29,009 bases of DNA from a virus (Duplodnaviria > Caudoviricetes), in IMG/VR virus record IMGVR_UViG_3300020414_001797, positions 1-29,009 of that record; one strand, 5' to 3'. Both the position numbers and the translations under genes were made by a program. A model generated the notes under the pieces. The model had not been told where the DNA came from and did no database searches. It saw only the letters and a program-made list of their open reading frames with translations. Below are positions 25,737 to 29,009 of the stretch, piece after piece. Within the stretch, counting starts at the first letter, position 1; each line of letters starts with the position of its first letter.

Positions 25737-27739
25737 CGGTTCATCATTTTGTTTCTGAAGCGGTTGAGGAAGTCAAAAGCAGCATTCCGGCTTGCTGGTG
25801 ACGCACCTTCAGCAAGTCCGCGAACTACATTCTGGCGTGCTCCTTGAGGAATTTGCTCAATAAGTGCCCGCTGTTCTTCAACACTGCCGACATTCGCAGG
25901 AGCATTGATGGCAGATGCAGAATCTGGGTTAATTTCACGCCCTTGCTGGCTCCCAATCAGCGCAAGACGCTGATCAAACGCCGCTTGAGTGCGATCATCA
26001 GTAACAAGGGCCTCTGGCTGGCTCAGTGCACTGATAATTCCCGCCAATTTGGGGTTTGCGTACTGACGACGGAGCGCATTTGCCGCCCCAGCAGAGATTT
26101 TTCCGCTGTTTTGGAGCATTTCTTCAGCGATTTGCTCAACAGGGGCCGCCGCCTGCTGCACAATTCGCACTGGCCCAGGCGCTCCCGCCCGGTAGGTGAA
26201 CGGATCTTCGTCGCCATAGCTGATCCGGTAGCCCATATCCGCCTGAGGACGCTCTTCGCCGGAGCTCTCGAAGTCAAAATCGCTCAGCTCATCCTGAGAA
26301 AGCTCCAAGATTTCCTTGGCGACGTCGGTCCTTCCAATAGGGCCGTCGTAATCCGGATCAAACGCCTGAATATCGACCTCGCGGCCCATCTTTTCGGCCC
26401 TTACAAGGGCAATACCGGCCTCTAAGTTGTCTGCTGCCCGAATCAGTGCCTCTGCCTTGCCTGGGACAGTGGTCCTTTCAGCCGCTGCACGCAGGCTGAA
26501 AATCCTGCGGTCAATCCCCGGATCATTCGACTCCAGTGAACGGAATGCATTGACAACCGTGGGATCAGACATGAAGTCGCCCTTTGCCAGCTCGCCCAAA
26601 AGGGTCTTGAAGTCCATGCCGACTTCCTTGGAAATACCCGTATCTCCTTGCCGGCCCTCGTAAGCTCCACGCATACCGGGGAGACCGGCATATATGTCCC
26701 TGCGATTTGCGAACGGGAGCGGACCTGTTTCCACAAGGCGCCCACCTTTGCGCCTGTCCCGCTCGATACGGGTAAAGAAAGCCGGATCTCCTGTCTCCTT
26801 CAACGCATCACGGATGCCATCAAAATCAACCGACGTTGGGTTGCCAACTCGCGCCATCGGCTCACCCTTGACGAAAATATCTGTCTCATAGACAGGCGTC
26901 CGAATGGGCCTGCCATCAGGATCCTCGCCTTCCAGCAAATAACCGATACGACCGCTTTCTGTACGGCTGATTTCAAAATTTGCGTTATGAATAACGTCTC
27001 CAAACCTCACCAATGGCGTTGTCATCTTGCTGCGCAGGTCTTTGACAGTCCCGCCTAGCGACTTTGCCGGCACCTCGTCATCTGCGCGACCTTGCATCGC
27101 CTTATTGATGTCGCTGGGATAAATCCGCTTGGTGCCGCGCACCTGCCTGTCTTTACCCACGACCGGCACGTCAACTCCGCCATATGCAGCAGGCTCAGGC
27201 GTGTATTGCGTAGGGATATTGGATCCTTTTACGAATCCAGCCCCACCGCTGAACATCTCTTCTTCGTCTCCCAACCCGCCTTTTTTGATTACTTTTTTGG
27301 CGTCAGGGATTTCTTGATTGTCACGGGGCAGGCCGTACTTGGGCAGACGCGCTTGGATGTCAGCCATCAACTCCCGGCCAACCTTGTCCTCGACTGGCGT
27401 ACGAGCTGGATAAAGCGAAGCCGGATAAGCGGCCTCAGGATCTTTCTCGCTAAACAGCGCATCCGTCATGCGCTCCAGGTCCGCCCGGTCGAGATTCCCG
27501 ATTCTCGACTTCGCGGACGGATCATCCATCGTTCCCGTCGCCATGCGCGGATCTTGCAGCTTCATGCGCTCACGCATGTTGCGCGTCGTATTAGCAACAG
27601 ATTCCGTACGCCCCCGCCCGGCAAGCAATTCAGGGTCTAAATCTGACGGAATAATCGGCCGCGAACCAATTTGACGGCGCGGATCATATGGATCGCCGAT
27701 GTCACGAAAGCGACCAATACCGCCAATTCCGCCTTCCAT
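25733..27739 (-). CDS. Large hypothetical protein, first gene of the leftward operon (putative internal virion protein)
   Basis: 668-aa ORF, AGGA SD, no recognisable motif. Confidence 0.8.
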   Translation of the reverse strand: MEGGIGGIGRFRDIGDPYDPRRQIGSRPIIPSDLDPELLAGRGRTESVANTTRNMRERMKLQDPRMATGTMDDPSAKSRIGNLDRADLERMTDALFSEKDPEAAYPASLYPARTPVEDKVGRELMADIQARLPKYGLPRDNQEIPDAKKVIKKGGLGDEEEMFSGGAGFVKGSNIPTQYTPEPAAYGGVDVPVVGKDRQVRGTKRIYPSDINKAMQGRADDEVPAKSLGGTVKDLRSKMTTPLVRFGDVIHNANFEISRTESGRIGYLLEGEDPDGRPIRTPVYETDIFVKGEPMARVGNPTSVDFDGIRDALKETGDPAFFTRIERDRRKGGRLVETGPLPFANRRDIYAGLPGMRGAYEGRQGDTGISKEVGMDFKTLLGELAKGDFMSDPTVVNAFRSLESNDPGIDRRIFSLRAAAERTTVPGKAEALIRAADNLEAGIALVRAEKMGREVDIQAFDPDYDGPIGRTDVAKEILELSQDELSDFDFESSGEERPQADMGYRISYGDEDPFTYRAGAPGPVRIVQQAAAPVEQIAEEMLQNSGKISAGAANALRRQYANPKLAGIISALSQPEALVTDDRTQAAFDQRLALIGSQQGREINPDSASAINAPANVGSVEEQRALIEQIPQGARQNVVRGLAEGASPASRNAAFDFLNRFRNKMMNR

Positions 27740-27768
27740 TTAGTCCTAATTATTTGTCCCGTAGAACA

Positions 27769-27950
27769 AGTCTATCGATGCGAACATTCGTAACTTTGGT
27801 TGCGCTCGCGGGGTGATTTGGGCCAAAAATTTTTAGCAAATTTCTGAGGCGCAAAAAAGCTTTCCCTACAGGCTTTCACTATTTATGTCGAGTTTCAATA
27901 GGAAACGTTTTTCACTATTTGAGCCCCGCGGGCGATTTTCGATTTTTGTT
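27769..27950. promoter_or_regulatory. Divergent control region with TTTC(A/C)CTA(C/T) repeats and A-tracts
   Basis: Motif at 27861, 27874 and 27910; AAAAATTTTT at 27825; TAGACT -10-like (-, 27769-74). Confidence 0.5.
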
Positions 27951-28039
27951 GCGCCGCGCCCAATACATCAAACACCCCTCGACAGTTCCGATTCCGCGTG
28001 AACAAAAAAAAGACTACGAGTCTTTCTTCCGTGTTCACA

Positions 28040-28300
28040 TCGCACGCACCGCACGCAACGAACGCAACGAACGCACGCGACGCCGGGCACGCGAGCGAGC
28101 GCACGCACGCAACTGCAGTGACAACGGTTACGCCTGCGCCACGCCACGAACGCGCACGAATACGTAACGCAAGTAACACGTGTTGCGCACGCGCCACGAC
28201 GAGCGAGCGAGCGGCGCCTCGCAGCGTATCGCTGCGACAACAACAGTTGCCCGGCGCACGCGGGCGGGCGCGATTCGCGCGGCGTACCCCTCGCACGTCC
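28040..28300. repeat. Strand-biased ACG/GCACG low-complexity repeat tract
   Basis: GCACGCACCGCACGCAACGAACGCAACGAACGCACGCG..., very T-poor on the plus strand. Confidence 0.7.
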
Positions 28301-28373
28301 GCGACCACGGGGGGCCAAATCGCTTGCGTCAGCGGACGCACACGTTCGTAACGACTGTTCGTGGGGTGTGTGG

Positions 28374-28396
28374 GTGTACCCATTCATCAGTACGTT
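28374..28396 (+). repeat. 23-nt leader repeat, copy 1
   Basis: GTGTACCCATTCATCAGTACGTT, 22/23 identical to 28958-28980. Confidence 0.85.
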
Positions 28397-28400
28397 TCAC

Positions 28401-28640
28401 ATGTCTGTCATCGCTTTGCCTTCTATCCGCAAAGACAAGTCCACCGTCACGATGCTGGGCGACCTGCTCGACAGCGAAGTCCACTTCGTTGCGGTTGGAG
28501 TTGACTACGAAGGCTGCGGCGTCATGCAATCCGATTGCTGGGTTGATGACGACTATGGCCTGCCAGGCGCCGAGAGCTTCCGAGTTCTTTACGGCCCTGA
28601 AATAGCTGAGCCTCCCTGCACCGATGAGTGCCCCTTCTGA
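28401..28640 (+). CDS. Small acidic hypothetical protein (79 aa)
   Basis: ATG 4 nt after the leader repeat; followed by a terminator. Confidence 0.65.
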   Translation: MSVIALPSIRKDKSTVTMLGDLLDSEVHFVAVGVDYEGCGVMQSDCWVDDDYGLPGAESFRVLYGPEIAEPPCTDECPF

Positions 28641-28647
28641 TCACTCG

Positions 28648-28680
28648 CCCCTGCCTGGCTTCGCCGGGTGGGGGTTTTTT
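28648..28680 (+). terminator. Rho-independent terminator
   Basis: CCCCTGCCTGGC-TTC-GCCGGGTGGGGG followed by T6. Confidence 0.85.
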
Positions 28681-28707
28681 GTTGTCCACATAAATCAGTA
28701 CGTTCAA

Positions 28708-28902
28708 GTGAATCTTTCGATGCTCCCCACAGCAATCGCGCTGATCATGTTCCCGGTCACCTTGCTTGGTTTCGTGCCTCACCAGATCTCCTGGCTCAAC
28801 GAGGCTGAAGCGAAGCAATGCCTGGAAAATGCATGGCCACCGGCCAATCACCAGACGATGCTTGCTGTCTGCGCTCTCAAGGATCTGCCTACGTCGCGAT
28901 AG
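28708..28902 (+). CDS. Small protein with N-terminal hydrophobic helix
   Basis: GTG 28708 (or ATG 28720) just after TCAGTACGTT; MLPTAIALIMFPVTLLGFV; followed by a terminator. Confidence 0.6.
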   Translation: MNLSMLPTAIALIMFPVTLLGFVPHQISWLNEAEAKQCLENAWPPANHQTMLAVCALKDLPTSR

Positions 28903-28923
28903 TGACTGAAGTAACGCAAGTAA

Positions 28924-28957
28924 CCCCTGCCTAGCCCAGCTAGGTGGGGGTTTTTTT
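28924..28957 (+). terminator. Rho-independent terminator (paralog of 28648)
   Basis: CCCCTGCCTAGC-CCA-GCTAGGTGGGGG followed by T7. Confidence 0.85.
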
Positions 28958-28980
28958 GTGTACCCATTCATCGGTACGTT
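28958..28980 (+). repeat. 23-nt leader repeat, copy 2
   Basis: GTGTACCCATTCATCGGTACGTT directly after the terminator U-tract. Confidence 0.85.
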
Positions 28981-29009
28981 CTTTATCCCGGTCGAGAGGC
29001 CGGTCGTTA

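Noticed and set aside
20813-27674. Long plus-strand ORFs (e.g. 20813..21475, 25844..26425, 27092..27640)
   Set aside because: Antisense shadows of coupled minus-strand genes, with no motifs or start signals.
27895-28605. Arg/Ala/Cys-rich ORFs in several frames
   Set aside because: They are by-products of the stop-poor low-complexity tract.
28374-28980. 23-nt repeats as CRISPR repeats, attC sites or att sites
   Set aside because: Spacing is about 580 nt with ORFs between, there is no attC-type R/L box palindrome, and no cas or integrase gene is in the window.

Overview
The window is the virion-morphogenesis region of a tailed dsDNA phage. A cyanobacterial (Synechococcus/Cyanobium-like) host is inferred from a CP12-like gene, a cyanobacterial-type lysozyme/M15 endolysin and small ORFs typical of cyanophages. 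A long minus-strand arm reads right to left: about 12 low-complexity helical proteins (putative internal/ejection proteins, including a split S74 chaperone), putative TerS, TerL, portal, scaffold (overlapping the portal by 488 nt) and endolysin. A plus-strand block follows (two LAGLIDADG-family genes, a structured RNA, CP12-like, tail-fibre-type genes). The minus strand then resumes with major capsid, decoration, HhH, head-tail adaptor and repeat/coiled-coil proteins. The right end holds a divergent non-coding region with A-tracts and ACG-rich repeats, then small plus-strand ORFs in repeated leader/terminator units. No integrase, replication gene, tape measure, tRNA or CRISPR array is visible. 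All family assignments come from motif recognition by eye, not from searches.
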